A stretch of DNA of 64,000 nucleotides from an uncultured Acidobacteriota bacterium (GCA_963778235.1 CAVZTQ010000002.1:39766-103765); one strand, 5' to 3'. Counted from the stretch's first letter, positions 35,969 through 45,388 are shown. Notes: generated by a model not told the origin, from the letters alone. A program made the numbers and translations.

Positions 35969-36508
35969 ATGGCCACAACTCTTGGACACAACGTAACGCT
36001 GGAAACTCCCGAGGACGTCGGCAAATTCCTCGCGGACGAAGGCGTTATTTTCACTCAGCTCGATAAAGCCATCAACTGGGCGCGCAAAAGTTCCATCTGG
36101 CCGCTCGGATTTGGTTTGGCGTGCTGCGCGATTGAAATGATGTCCATGGCCGCCGCGCGGTTTGACGTTGCGCGATTTGGCTCCGAAGTATTCCGTCCCT
36201 CGCCGCGTCAAGCCGACTTGATGATCATCGCGGGACGCGTCTCCGTGAAGATGGCGCCGGTGATCAAACAACTTTACGAACAAATGCCGGAACCGAAGTG
36301 GGTGATTTCGATGGGTGCGTGCGCCACGTCCGGCGGCGTGTTCAATAATTACGCGATTGTGCAGGGCGTGAATCAGGTGATTCCGGTGGACGTTTATGTG
36401 CCGGGATGTCCGCCGCGTCCGGAAGCGCTGCTCTATTCCATTCTTCAACTTCAGAAAAAAATTCAGGGCGAACGCGGAAGTTTCAAGCGCGCGCTGAATA
36501 TCGCTTAA
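35969..36508 (+). CDS. nuoB: NADH-quinone oxidoreductase subunit B (NuoB/NDH-1 20-kDa subunit), stand-alone
   Basis: [22 protein letters not shown]...[18 protein letters not shown]...[24 protein letters not shown]...[14 protein letters not shown]: the N2 cluster Cys ligands are present. ATG 35969 is preferred over ATG 35903. No other nuo genes are nearby. Confidence 0.88.
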   Translation: MATTLGHNVTLETPEDVGKFLADEGVIFTQLDKAINWARKSSIWPLGFGLACCAIEMMSMAAARFDVARFGSEVFRPSPRQADLMIIAGRVSVKMAPVIKQLYEQMPEPKWVISMGACATSGGVFNNYAIVQGVNQVIPVDVYVPGCPPRPEALLYSILQLQKKIQGERGSFKRALNIA

Positions 36509-36549
36509 CCCGCGCTAACTCTTTCCAAAATATTTTGTTGAATTGTAAT

Positions 36550-36870
36550 TTATCGTGGAGAAAGCAGCTTTAGTCCCGCAATTCCCGCAACGATCAACGC
36601 CATGCAGCCAAGCCGAAGCGCCGTTCGCGGTTCGTCAAATAGCGCGATGCCGAGCAGCGCCGTACCCACCGCGCCGATGCCTGTCCAAACCGCATAGGCC
36701 GTTCCGATAGGAAGTTGTTTTGCCGCCAAGCCCAATAAATAAACGCTGACGATTCCGCCCGCGAATACTCCGACCGTCGGCCACAGTCGCGTGAATCCGT
36801 TGGAATATTTCAGCGTGATTGCCCACGCAATTTCGCAAAGCCCTGCGACAAAAAGTAATAGCCAGGCCAT
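36550..36870 (-). CDS. sugE: SMR-family transporter, SugE/Gdx subtype
   Basis: MAWLLLFVAGLCEIAWAITLKYSNGFTRLWP...GTAYAVWTGIGAVGTALLGIALFDEP: 106 aa, 4 TM helices, conserved Glu in TM1. Confidence 0.88.
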   Translation of the reverse strand: MAWLLLFVAGLCEIAWAITLKYSNGFTRLWPTVGVFAGGIVSVYLLGLAAKQLPIGTAYAVWTGIGAVGTALLGIALFDEPRTALRLGCMALIVAGIAGLKLLSPR

Positions 36871-36904
36871 CGTTCCTCCTAAATCGCGAATGCTAGAAAT
36901 TCAA

Positions 36905-38016
36905 TCAGGCGTTAGCGCTCAATTCAATCGGCAACGCAATCACTTCAGCGTCGCCCCCGGCCCAAGTAAGTTTGCTGCCAACGGAATTATGTTCGCGCCG
37001 CACATACGCCATTCCGATCGGGCGTTCAAGCGCGTAAGAAAATGCCGCGCGCGTAACAAAACCCACGTCAGCGGCGCCAACTTTCAGCAGGGTTCTTGCC
37101 GCAGGAATTGTTTCGCCGGAAAACGAAATTCCCACGCGCTTGCGATTCACGTGTCCGCGCGAGCGCACGCGCTCCACAATTTCCTGTCCGGTGTAGCAGC
37201 CCTTCGTATAACTGATGTGCGAATTTTCCAGTCCGGCTTCGTGCGGAAGTGTCGTGTCGTCAAAATCGTATCCGAACCACGGAATGCCCGCTTCAAGACG
37301 CAACGTGCTCAGCGCGTCATATCCAATTGGCCCGCCGCCGATTTTCTCGCGCAGCGTCCACAAGCGTCTGCCAAAGTTTCGGCAGAGATTCGCGTGATGC
37401 AATGAACTCCGCACCAGGAATTCCACCGGGTGACCTGCGAACGATGCGGCAACAGACTCCGCCGATTTGGGTTTCCATGTGACTGAGTTCAGAAAGAAAA
37501 TCCAGCGCAGGTCCGCCTAGCGACGAAATAATTTTCGACTGCCGCCGGTCCTTCAATTGAAACAACGCCCAATTGCTCCGTCACGTCTTCCATAACCACG
37601 TCGTCCATGATGATGAATTTGTCGAGCGTCGCCGCGGTGCGTTCGCGAATCATTGCATGGGTAACGACGAGTAATTTGTCGGCCAGTCCGTACACTACAA
37701 GTTCCGCCATGATGTGCCCCTGAGGATTCAGCAGCAGGGAAGGAACACCCTGACCTGGCTGCACATCTCGAATATTATTGGTGAGAATTGCATTTAAATA
37801 ACGCGCGCGGTCAGGCCCGGTGAAACTGAAAAACGCGCGGTAGTTTTTGTCCGCGACGGCTGCGGTTTTCCGCGCAAAAGAATATTCCTCGCGCGAATTT
37901 GTGAATCGCGCGGGCAGCTCGCACCCAAAATATTCGGCGAATGTGGCGCCTGCTGATTCGTGAAGCGCCCGCAATGGAGTTTGAATTGGCATGAGTGAAT
38001 TTATTCCGTTCAACAT
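36905..38016 (-). pseudogene. ygfZ: YgfZ/GcvT-like folate-binding protein gene split over three frames (two 1-nt frameshifts)
   Basis: Frame A (..37489-38016) ends ...GVVSIEGPAAVENYF. Frame B (37317-37565) carries IISSLGGPALDFLSELSHMETQIGGVCCRIVRRSPGGIPGAEFIASRESLPKLWQTLV. Frame C (36905-37426) carries GGGPIGYDALSTLRLEAGIPWFGYDF...KGCYTGQEIVERVRSRG. The junctions are near 37540-37548 and 37338-37349. Confidence 0.7.
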
Positions 38017-38094
38017 CTTACCAGCTTGCGCAAAATAACTCGTACGTCGAATGTTATACTTCGACGCGAGAAAAGCGAGTCTAGTGATTTCAAA

Positions 38095-38802
38095 ATGAGC
38101 AGCGCGGCACAACTAATCCACGAAATTCTTCCTGTCGGCATGTTGCAATGCAATTGCCACGTCGTCGGCGATCCCGTCACGCGCCAAGCCGTCGTCATCG
38201 ATCCCGGCGATGATGTCGACACAATTCTTGAAGTAATCGCGCGCCACAAACTGAAAGTCTGCGCCATTCTGATTACGCACAGCCACATCGACCACATTAT
38301 TGGATTAAAGAAGATGCGCGAAGCAACCGGCGCGCCAGTGATGATGCATCAGGACGACGTCGCGCTCTACAAGGACATGGAAAAGCAGGCCGAATGGATT
38401 CAGTGGGCCACGCCGGAACTCGCCGAAGTTGACGATTTTCTGACCGAAGGAAAATCCGTGAAGTGGGGAAGCTACGAACTTCGCGTGATGCATACGCCTG
38501 GGCACACCAAGGGCAGCGTCTGTCTGTATCTTCCGCGTGAAGAAAATATTATTCATTCGACGAGCGCAGCCAGCAATCCGGAAGTGATGCAAGAGCCGGG
38601 CCTACTTTTCGCCGGCGACACACTTTTCGAGGGAAGCATCGGACGAACCGACCTGTGGGGCGGCTCGATGAAAGAAATTCTGCGCTCGTTGAAGACGAAA
38701 TTAATGGCGCTGCCCGACGAGACGATTGTGTTCCCAGGGCACGGCGGCATAACTACGATAGGCGTCGAGCGCGAAACAAATCCATTCTTGCAGCGGGTGT
38801 AA
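38095..38802 (+). CDS. MBL-fold metallo-hydrolase (glyoxalase II-like)
   Basis: LQCNCHVVGDP...AVVIDPGDD...ILITHSHIDHI...MHTPGHTKGSVCLY...FAGDTLFEGSIGRTDLWGGS...FPGHG. ATG 38095 is preferred over the upstream ATG 38026. Confidence 0.85.
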   Translation: MSSAAQLIHEILPVGMLQCNCHVVGDPVTRQAVVIDPGDDVDTILEVIARHKLKVCAILITHSHIDHIIGLKKMREATGAPVMMHQDDVALYKDMEKQAEWIQWATPELAEVDDFLTEGKSVKWGSYELRVMHTPGHTKGSVCLYLPREENIIHSTSAASNPEVMQEPGLLFAGDTLFEGSIGRTDLWGGSMKEILRSLKTKLMALPDETIVFPGHGGITTIGVERETNPFLQRV

Positions 38803-38828
38803 CTTAAGAGTTTATAGCCCGAGAAAAT

Positions 38829-39110
38829 TTACTGTGCGCGCAAACGCTGCTCACGCTCAACCCGCAATTCTTCCATCACACTCTGAATTAACTCTTTCGC
38901 CTTCTGCAATTCTTCCTGAATAATCTGAATATCCATCGTGGGCTTTTCCGGATCTCGGTTGCTGTGGCAGTAGACGCCGTGTTGTCCGACAAATACCATC
39001 GCGTTCGTCACGCGGTCCAGTGACACGGCCAATCGTCCGCGATGCCGCCCCAACATTTGTTCGTAATGTTCTAGTTCATCTTTATGTTTCTCGAATGCCG
39101 ACATTCGCAC
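38829..39110 (-). CDS. Hypothetical protein (93 aa)
   Basis: Clean ORF with a coiled C-terminus (IQIIQEELQKAKELIQSVMEELRVEREQRLRAQ). No family recognised. Confidence 0.45.
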   Translation of the reverse strand: MRMSAFEKHKDELEHYEQMLGRHRGRLAVSLDRVTNAMVFVGQHGVYCHSNRDPEKPTMDIQIIQEELQKAKELIQSVMEELRVEREQRLRAQ

Positions 39111-39351
39111 TCTCCCAACTCGCGAATTATTTCCTCAATTCCACGCTACCGCTTTCGCGCGGCCATCGCAACTCGCGCAACTGTTTGCGCTCACGCAAGC
39201 AACGCCCCCACTCTGCATGTGCCGTAAGCCGTATTGCAGCGGAGGAACGCTTCTCGCCACACGTTATGGACGTTCGCCGCATTCGCGCTGGATAATGGGC
39301 GCATAGCATTCGAAGTCGCGTTCGCGTGCTATCAGTTTCTGTGAGGGGTCA

Positions 39352-39909
39352 ATGAGACGCTCCGATTTATTGCAGCATTCCGAAAAGCATCATACCGGCC
39401 GCACTACGCAAATTGTTTTTGGTGAGCGGCAGCATTTGTTGCGCGTGCTTGATTCGATCGAGAACACCAACGTATCGCGCCCTCGCTTTGAGCAGGAGCG
39501 CCGCACTCTCGAACAATTAATTCACGGGCGCACCCAGGAGTTGAATTCCGTGAACGACGATTGGGATTTGAAAGTCGGCATGTTGCTGAGCGCCGACGCC
39601 AAGCCCGAACTTCTTGAGAAATTGGCTCGCGAAGCTCCCGAGCATGACTATTATTTACTGCGCCTGATTAGCGAACATCCGCGCGTGACCGCGAAAACTC
39701 TAAGCAAGCTCGCGAAGCATCCGTATGCCGCGATTCGAGAGAATGTTGCGCGTCACCCGAATTCGGACGCCGCGACGCTCACCGCGTTATCCAAAGATCG
39801 CAGCCAGCCGCTGTGGTATTTGGTGGCGTTCAATCCGAATACTCCGGGACCGTTGCGCGGCAAACTGCAGGATCGGTTGCGCAAACTCGGACAAACACCC
39901 GCAAAATAA
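39352..39909 (+). CDS. Hypothetical protein with C-terminal LRV/HEAT-like repeats
   Basis: The repeating pattern ISEHPRVTAKTLSKLAKHPYAAIRENVARHPNSDAATLTALSKDRSQPLWYLVAFNPNTPGPL resembles leucine-rich-repeat-variant units. Confidence 0.55.
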   Translation: MRRSDLLQHSEKHHTGRTTQIVFGERQHLLRVLDSIENTNVSRPRFEQERRTLEQLIHGRTQELNSVNDDWDLKVGMLLSADAKPELLEKLAREAPEHDYYLLRLISEHPRVTAKTLSKLAKHPYAAIRENVARHPNSDAATLTALSKDRSQPLWYLVAFNPNTPGPLRGKLQDRLRKLGQTPAK

Positions 39910-39941
39910 AAATTCATTTGCGCGTCGCAGTGGGTACCTGA

Positions 39942-39970
39942 AAGACAGCAGCTTCCTGAAAGCGTAGAAT
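39942..39970 (+). promoter_or_regulatory. Candidate promoter giving a leaderless transcript of the acyl-CoA ligase gene
   Basis: AAGACA (39942-39947), a 17-nt spacer, then TAGAAT (39965-39970). The ATG at 39977 is only 6 nt downstream and there is no SD. Confidence 0.3.
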
Positions 39971-39976
39971 GTCGGC

Positions 39977-41632
39977 ATGTCTGACGAGCCACGTGCAGTA
40001 CATCCTGCGCAGCACGAAGTTGCAGGCCGCCACGAAGTCGCAGCACATCTGAAAATTCCCGCGTCATTTAATATCACCGATTATTTTCTCTACGTTCCCG
40101 CGCTCGCGCATCCGGGCCGCGCCGCAATTCTCGGCGAACCCGCGTCGGTAACCTATGGCGAGCTGGCTAGTTTGACGAAGCGCGTTTCTCTGGCGCTTTC
40201 ACGAGAGGGAATTGCGCCGGCCGAGCGGGTGCTAATCGTTCTGCCCGACTCAGTGGAATTTATCGCTGCATTTATGGGAGTAGTCGCAATCGGCGCCGTG
40301 GCCGTGCCCGTAAATCCAATGGCGCGCGAATCGGATTACGCACATTATCTGGGCGATTCCGGCGCGCGTCTCGCCATCGTGCATGAATTCGCACTCGCGG
40401 AATTTATTCCGGCCGCGAAAGGATTTCGCGCGAGTTCGATTGTTGTCGTCGGCGAAAATGTCGCAGGGGAGAAAAGCGCCGCACCCGCGGGAAGTCTTCG
40501 CTGGCAGAAATGGCTGCCCGCAAGTGCGGAGCACAAAGCCACACGCAACACTCTTGCGACGGACACCGCGTTTTTCCTCTACACCTCCGGCAGCGGCGGC
40601 ACGCCGAAGGCCGCCGTCCATCAGCATAAGGACATGCTCGCCACGACGCACAGTTTCGCACGCAGAATTCTCGGCATCAGCGCGGAAGATCGCACCTATT
40701 CCGTTTCCAAATTATTTTTCGCCTACGGACTTGGCAACGGAATGTATTTCCCGTTTTCCGCCGGCGCTGCAACTATTCTCGATCCTGAGCGCCCCAAGCC
40801 GGAGCGCACCGCCGCGATCTTAATCACATATCGACCAACAATTTTCTTCGCCGTGCCCACGTTTTATTCCGCTCTGCTTCACGCTGCCGAGCAAGGCCTA
40901 CTCATCGATTTTTCATCGGTGCGTCTCGCAGTCTCAGCCGGCGAACGACTGCCGCCGGAAATTCTGGAAAAATTCAAAGCGCGTTTCGGTCTGGAAATAT
41001 TGGACGCCATCGGCTCCACTGAAATGCTGCACATGTTTCTTTCGCCAGAGCCCGGACGCGGCCGCCCCGGCAGTTGCGGATTTCCCGTACCGGGCTACGA
41101 AGCAAAAATTGTGGACGATGAAGGCGCGCCCGTGCCGCAAGGGGAAATTGGAAATTTGTGGGTGAAAGGTGCCAGCGCATTTTCCGAATATTGGAACATT
41201 CCGGAATTAACTGCGCGCACAAAAGTCGGCGATTGGGTGGTAACGGGAGACAAGTTTTTCACCGACGCTGACGGCTACTATCACTACTGCGGCCGCGGCG
41301 ACGACATGATGAAAGTTTCCGGAATGTGGGTCGCGCCCACTGAAGTCGAGAACACGCTGCTCGGCCATCCCAGCGTCGCGGAAGCCGCCGTCGTCGGAGT
41401 GATTGAATCAAGCGGACTGACGCGCCCGCTCGCGTTCGTCGTCATCCCGCCGGACGTTACTCCGACAGACGCGCTCGCCGAAGATCTCCGCCAATTCGTG
41501 CGCGGCAAGTTGGCAGGGTACAAGTGTCCCGCGGAAATAAAATTTCTCGACGCGCTGCCGAAAACCGCTACGGGAAAAATTCAGCGATTCCGCCTACGCA
41601 GTGGCTCTTCTGAGCAGTCCAATACGCCATAG
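39977..41632 (+). CDS. Benzoate-CoA ligase family AMP-binding enzyme (aromatic acid-CoA ligase)
   Basis: FFLYTSGSGGTPKAAVHQH, GSTEMLH, GDKFFTDADGYYHYCGRGDDMMKVSGMWVAPTEVE, LPKTATGKIQRF. Confidence 0.82.
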   Translation: MSDEPRAVHPAQHEVAGRHEVAAHLKIPASFNITDYFLYVPALAHPGRAAILGEPASVTYGELASLTKRVSLALSREGIAPAERVLIVLPDSVEFIAAFMGVVAIGAVAVPVNPMARESDYAHYLGDSGARLAIVHEFALAEFIPAAKGFRASSIVVVGENVAGEKSAAPAGSLRWQKWLPASAEHKATRNTLATDTAFFLYTSGSGGTPKAAVHQHKDMLATTHSFARRILGISAEDRTYSVSKLFFAYGLGNGMYFPFSAGAATILDPERPKPERTAAILITYRPTIFFAVPTFYSALLHAAEQGLLIDFSSVRLAVSAGERLPPEILEKFKARFGLEILDAIGSTEMLHMFLSPEPGRGRPGSCGFPVPGYEAKIVDDEGAPVPQGEIGNLWVKGASAFSEYWNIPELTARTKVGDWVVTGDKFFTDADGYYHYCGRGDDMMKVSGMWVAPTEVENTLLGHPSVAEAAVVGVIESSGLTRPLAFVVIPPDVTPTDALAEDLRQFVRGKLAGYKCPAEIKFLDALPKTATGKIQRFRLRSGSSEQSNTP

Positions 41633-41636
41633 ACAA

Positions 41637-41693
41637 ATTGGCTCTTTACAGGCCATAATAGTGGTGTAAATTGGCCCAGTCGAAAGAGCCAAT
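41637..41693. promoter_or_regulatory. 11-bp perfect inverted repeat ATTGGCTCTTT...AAAGAGCCAAT plus a third ATTGGCC box, spanning the regulator start
   Basis: Arms at 41637-41647 and 41683-41693. The right arm overlaps ATG 41692. An extra direct copy AAATTGGCCC lies at 41668-41677. Confidence 0.4.
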
Positions 41694-43233
41694 GCTGCCA
41701 CTACAATTACAGCTCGAAAGCCACATTCCGCTTTACGTACAACTGCGCGATCAGGTCCGCGCGTTGGTGCATGGCGGAAATCTGCGCGTCGGTGACCGCA
41801 TTCCCGCCACGCGCGAACTCGCCGTCCAGTTGGGCGTGCATCGCACCACGGTTGCGAACGCGTACGCGGAACTGGAATCCGAAGGCCTCATTCGCGGACA
41901 CGTCGGTCGCGGAACTTTTATCTGCGGCGAATCCAACATCACAAAAATAACTCCTGCCCCTCCGTCACTGAATGGCGGCGGTGGCGTTCGCTGGGAATCG
42001 CTTTTTGCGGACGAGCGCGGTGAAGAATTACTCAGCCGTCTGACTCAGCCCGCAACCGCGGACAGTATTTCTTTCGTTGCCGCGCGTCCTGACAGCAGAC
42101 TTTTTCCTGTTGCGGAACTTGCTCAATGCTGCCAGACGGTGATGAAGCGCGAAGGCGCGGAAATCCTGCAACTCGGTCCATCCGACGGCTATCCGCAATT
42201 GAAAACCGCGCTCGTGGAACTGCTGCGCACCGAAGGCCTCGGTATTAAGGATGAAAATTTATTAATCACCGGCGGCTGCCAGCAAGCGCTCGATCTACTT
42301 TGCAAAGCATTTCTACGGCCCGGCGATTCCGTTCTGTTGGAAAATCCAACATATCCCGGCGCAATTGCAATTTTCGCCGCCGCGCGCGTCCGCTGCCTCG
42401 GCGTTCCTGTACACACCGAAGTTCAACCCGGCTCTACTCCGGGCGTCGATCTCGCCGCGCTCGAAGCCACACTTCTCTCGAATCGAATTAAGTTGATGAT
42501 CCTTACGCCGGATTTTCACAATCCCACCGGCACAACTTTGCCGATCGCCGCGCGAAGACGTTTGCTCGAAATCGCCGCGCGCTATCAGGTGCCTATCGTC
42601 GAAGATCATATTTACGCGCGTCTGCATGCCGAAGGCGAACGCATGCCGCCGCTGAAACAATTGGATCGCGCGAATCTAGTCATTCAAGTCGACAGTTTTT
42701 CCAAATTAGGTTTTCCGGGTCTTCGCGTCGGATGGTGCATCGCGCCGCCAAGTGTCATCGAGCGTCTGCGTCTCGTAAAGCAAACCACGGACCTTCACAC
42801 CGATCAGCTCGCGCAGGCAATTCTCGCGGAATTTATGCGCCGCGGATCGCTCGCAAAGCACATCACGAAAATGCGCAAAGCGTATGCAAAGCGCCTGAAT
42901 GCAATGCAATCTGCACTCACCAAACACATGCCGGAAGAAACTCGTTGGACGCGTCCTACAGGTGGAATGTGCATGTGGGTTGAGCTGCCGCCCGGATTCG
43001 ACTCCAGCGAATTGCTGATTCACATTCGCGAACGAGGCGTTTTGTTCGCGCCCGGCCGTTATTTTTATTTGCAAAATCCGCAGCCGAACACGTTGCGCCT
43101 GAGCTTCAGCAATGTGGATGAAAAAGAAATCGCACGCGGCATCGCAACTCTTGCCGACGTGCTGAAGCAAGAAATGCGCAAGCGTCAAAGGGGATCGCGC
43201 AGAGTGGAAGGCGCGCGCGTGGCCCTCGTATGA
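41671..43233 (+). CDS. MocR-subfamily GntR regulator (wHTH + fold-type-I aminotransferase-like domain); PdxR-like by context
   Basis: PLYVQLRDQVRALVHGGNLRVGDRIPATRELAVQLGVHRTTVANAYAELESEGLI is the GntR HTH. A long AAT-like domain with SFSKLGFPGLRVGW (PLP-Lys region) follows. The start may be ATG 41692 instead of TTG 41671. Confidence 0.85.
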   Translation: MAQSKEPMLPLQLQLESHIPLYVQLRDQVRALVHGGNLRVGDRIPATRELAVQLGVHRTTVANAYAELESEGLIRGHVGRGTFICGESNITKITPAPPSLNGGGGVRWESLFADERGEELLSRLTQPATADSISFVAARPDSRLFPVAELAQCCQTVMKREGAEILQLGPSDGYPQLKTALVELLRTEGLGIKDENLLITGGCQQALDLLCKAFLRPGDSVLLENPTYPGAIAIFAAARVRCLGVPVHTEVQPGSTPGVDLAALEATLLSNRIKLMILTPDFHNPTGTTLPIAARRRLLEIAARYQVPIVEDHIYARLHAEGERMPPLKQLDRANLVIQVDSFSKLGFPGLRVGWCIAPPSVIERLRLVKQTTDLHTDQLAQAILAEFMRRGSLAKHITKMRKAYAKRLNAMQSALTKHMPEETRWTRPTGGMCMWVELPPGFDSSELLIHIRERGVLFAPGRYFYLQNPQPNTLRLSFSNVDEKEIARGIATLADVLKQEMRKRQRGSRRVEGARVALV

Positions 43234-43688
43234 GCGACTCTGTGAGCGAGACAACCCGGAAATTCCCGGCGAAGGCCGATAACGTCTGTTTCGGTTGCGG
43301 TGGCGCAAATGCCGCCGGAATGAAATTGGAATTTGAAGCGAACACCGAAACGGGGCACGTGACCGGACGCTTCAAAATTGCAAAAGATTTTCAGGGCAGC
43401 ATGGGAATGCTGCACGGCGGAATTATCGCGCTGCTGATGGACGAGGCCATGGGAAAAGTTTGCCGCCTAGGCGACGTGCGCGCCGTCACCGCGGAACTTT
43501 CCGTGAAATATTTGCGGCCGATCCAAGTGGAACAGGAAATTGTCGTCGAAGCCTTTCAAGTGAAGCGCCAAGGGCGAGACATGTATCATGAAAGCACGAT
43601 TTCAGACGTGCGTGGCAAAGTGCTCGCGCGCGGCACAGGCCGGTTCGTAGTGATCAATCCAGCCGATTTTGCGAAGCGGGATTCGTAG
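43230..43688 (+). CDS. PaaI/hotdog-fold thioesterase
   Basis: CFGCG...GMLHGGIIALLMDEAMG...VEAFQVKRQGRDMYHESTISD..GKVLARGTGRFVV. Its start overlaps the regulator stop (ATGA). Confidence 0.78.
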   Translation: MSDSVSETTRKFPAKADNVCFGCGGANAAGMKLEFEANTETGHVTGRFKIAKDFQGSMGMLHGGIIALLMDEAMGKVCRLGDVRAVTAELSVKYLRPIQVEQEIVVEAFQVKRQGRDMYHESTISDVRGKVLARGTGRFVVINPADFAKRDS

Positions 43689-43752
43689 TCGTTACATCAA
43701 ACTGCTACACATTTTGTAAGGCATTCATTATTAAAAGGCGAAGGAGAATGAA

Positions 43753-44754
43753 ATGGCAAAGCTCAATGGACGGAGCAACGGAAAAAATAATGGCAAGTCG
43801 AACGGCAAGCCCAGCGTGAAAGCGGAACCGCGCGCTCTCGGTGAAGTCGTGGAAGTTTCGCGCATCGTGAATAATGACGCGAATCTCTGGCGCGTGAAAG
43901 TCGGCCTCGCCGAAATGCTGAAGGGCGGCGTCATCATGGACGTCACCAACGTCGAGCAGGCGAAAATCGCCGAAAAAGCCGGAGCCTGCGCGGTGATGGC
44001 GCTCGAACGCGTCCCCTCCGACATTCGCAAAGAAGGCGGCGTGGCGCGCATGGCGTCCACCAAAATTATTCGCGAAATTATGGATACCGTCAGCATTCCG
44101 GTGATGGCCAAAGTTCGCATCGGACATTTCGCCGAAGCGCAGGTTCTCCAAGCGCTCGAAGTGGATTTCATTGACGAGAGCGAAGTGCTCACGCCGGCCG
44201 ACGAAGAAAATCACGTTTGGAAACACGATTTCCGCGTGCCCTTTGTTTGCGGCGCGCGCAACTTGGGCGAAGCGTTGCGGCGCATTGCCGAAGGTGCCGC
44301 AATGATTCGCACCAAAGGCGAGGCCGGCTCCGGAAATATTGTTGAGGCTGTGCGCCACATTCGCGCGATCGTCAGTGAAATGCGCCGCATCACAACTCTT
44401 CGCGGCGATGAACTCGTCCGCGTATCAAAAGATTTGGGCGCTCCTCTCGAATTGATTCGCCAAATTGCCGAAACAGGAAAGCTGCCCGTCCCGAATTTTT
44501 CAGCGGGCGGAATTGCAACTCCGGCCGACGCCGCGCTCGTCCGCCAACTCGGCGCCGAAGCAGTTTTCGTTGGCTCTGGAATTTTCAAGTCGTCCGATCC
44601 TGAAGTTCGCGCAAAAGCAATCGTGAAAGCGGCCACACACTTCGACGATCCGAAGGCCGTGCTTGAAGCCAGTGAAGAACTTGGCGAAGCGATGAAGGGT
44701 TTGGACATCCGCCAGATGGATGAAAAAGACATGCTGCAAACCCGCGGCTGGTAG
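43753..44754 (+). CDS. pdxS: Pyridoxal 5'-phosphate synthase lyase subunit PdxS, with an Asn/Gly/Lys-rich N-terminal extension
   Basis: [52 protein letters not shown]...[32 protein letters not shown]...[24 protein letters not shown]. The first ~35 aa ([15 protein letters not shown]) are not part of canonical PdxS. Confidence 0.95.
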   Translation: MAKLNGRSNGKNNGKSNGKPSVKAEPRALGEVVEVSRIVNNDANLWRVKVGLAEMLKGGVIMDVTNVEQAKIAEKAGACAVMALERVPSDIRKEGGVARMASTKIIREIMDTVSIPVMAKVRIGHFAEAQVLQALEVDFIDESEVLTPADEENHVWKHDFRVPFVCGARNLGEALRRIAEGAAMIRTKGEAGSGNIVEAVRHIRAIVSEMRRITTLRGDELVRVSKDLGAPLELIRQIAETGKLPVPNFSAGGIATPADAALVRQLGAEAVFVGSGIFKSSDPEVRAKAIVKAATHFDDPKAVLEASEELGEAMKGLDIRQMDEKDMLQTRGW

Positions 44755-44802
44755 GACGTTTGCAAACGCATCACTACACTTCGCAAATAAAATTGGTGTC
44801 CA

Positions 44803-45375
44803 ATGAAAGTCGGCGTGCTCGCAGTGCAGGGAGATTACGAAGCGCACGCGTCCGCGCTAAAACGCGCTGGCGCGGAAGCGACGTTCGTCCGCACCGTCGC
44901 CGACATGAAGGGAATTGACGCGTTAATCCTTCCCGGCGGCGAAAGCAGCACGCAGCTCCAATTCCTGCAGGAAGAAAAACTCGATAGAGCCATCGCCGAT
45001 TTCGCGCGCAATGGCGGCGCAATACTCGGCACATGTGCCGGAGCAATTCTTCTGGCGCGCAGGGTTCATGGCCCCGATCAAAAATCACTTGGACTTTTGG
45101 ACGTCATAATCGAGCGCAACGCCTACGGCCGACAGCTCGCCAGTCACGTCACCGAAGAAAATTCCACAATAAGTGATCGTCCGCTGGAAATGGTTTTCAT
45201 CCGCGCGCCAATTATCGAAAAAATGGGACGCAAAGTAGAAGTCCTCGCGAAATCCGAAGGCCATCCAGTTCTCGTTCAACAGGGCCGTATCCTGGCCGCA
45301 ACATTTCATCCGGAGTTGACTTCCGACCCCACTGTCCACGAGTATCTTCTTCGTGTAGCCCGGAACGGAAAATAG
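44803..45375 (+). CDS. pdxT: Pyridoxal 5'-phosphate synthase glutaminase subunit PdxT
   Basis: MKVGVLAVQGDYEAH...ALILPGGESST...GTCAGAILLA...RNAYGRQ...FIRAP...ATFHPELT. Confidence 0.93.
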   Translation: MKVGVLAVQGDYEAHASALKRAGAEATFVRTVADMKGIDALILPGGESSTQLQFLQEEKLDRAIADFARNGGAILGTCAGAILLARRVHGPDQKSLGLLDVIIERNAYGRQLASHVTEENSTISDRPLEMVFIRAPIIEKMGRKVEVLAKSEGHPVLVQQGRILAATFHPELTSDPTVHEYLLRVARNGK

Positions 45376-45388
45376 GACGGAAAATAAA

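Noticed and set aside
36871-36904. Guanidine riboswitch upstream of the sugE/gdx-type SMR gene
   Set aside because: Only about 34 nt separate the SMR start from the upstream gene's stop. That is too short for guanidine-I, and no ACGR-loop mini-hairpins (guanidine-II) or pseudoknot-like motif (guanidine-III) are visible.
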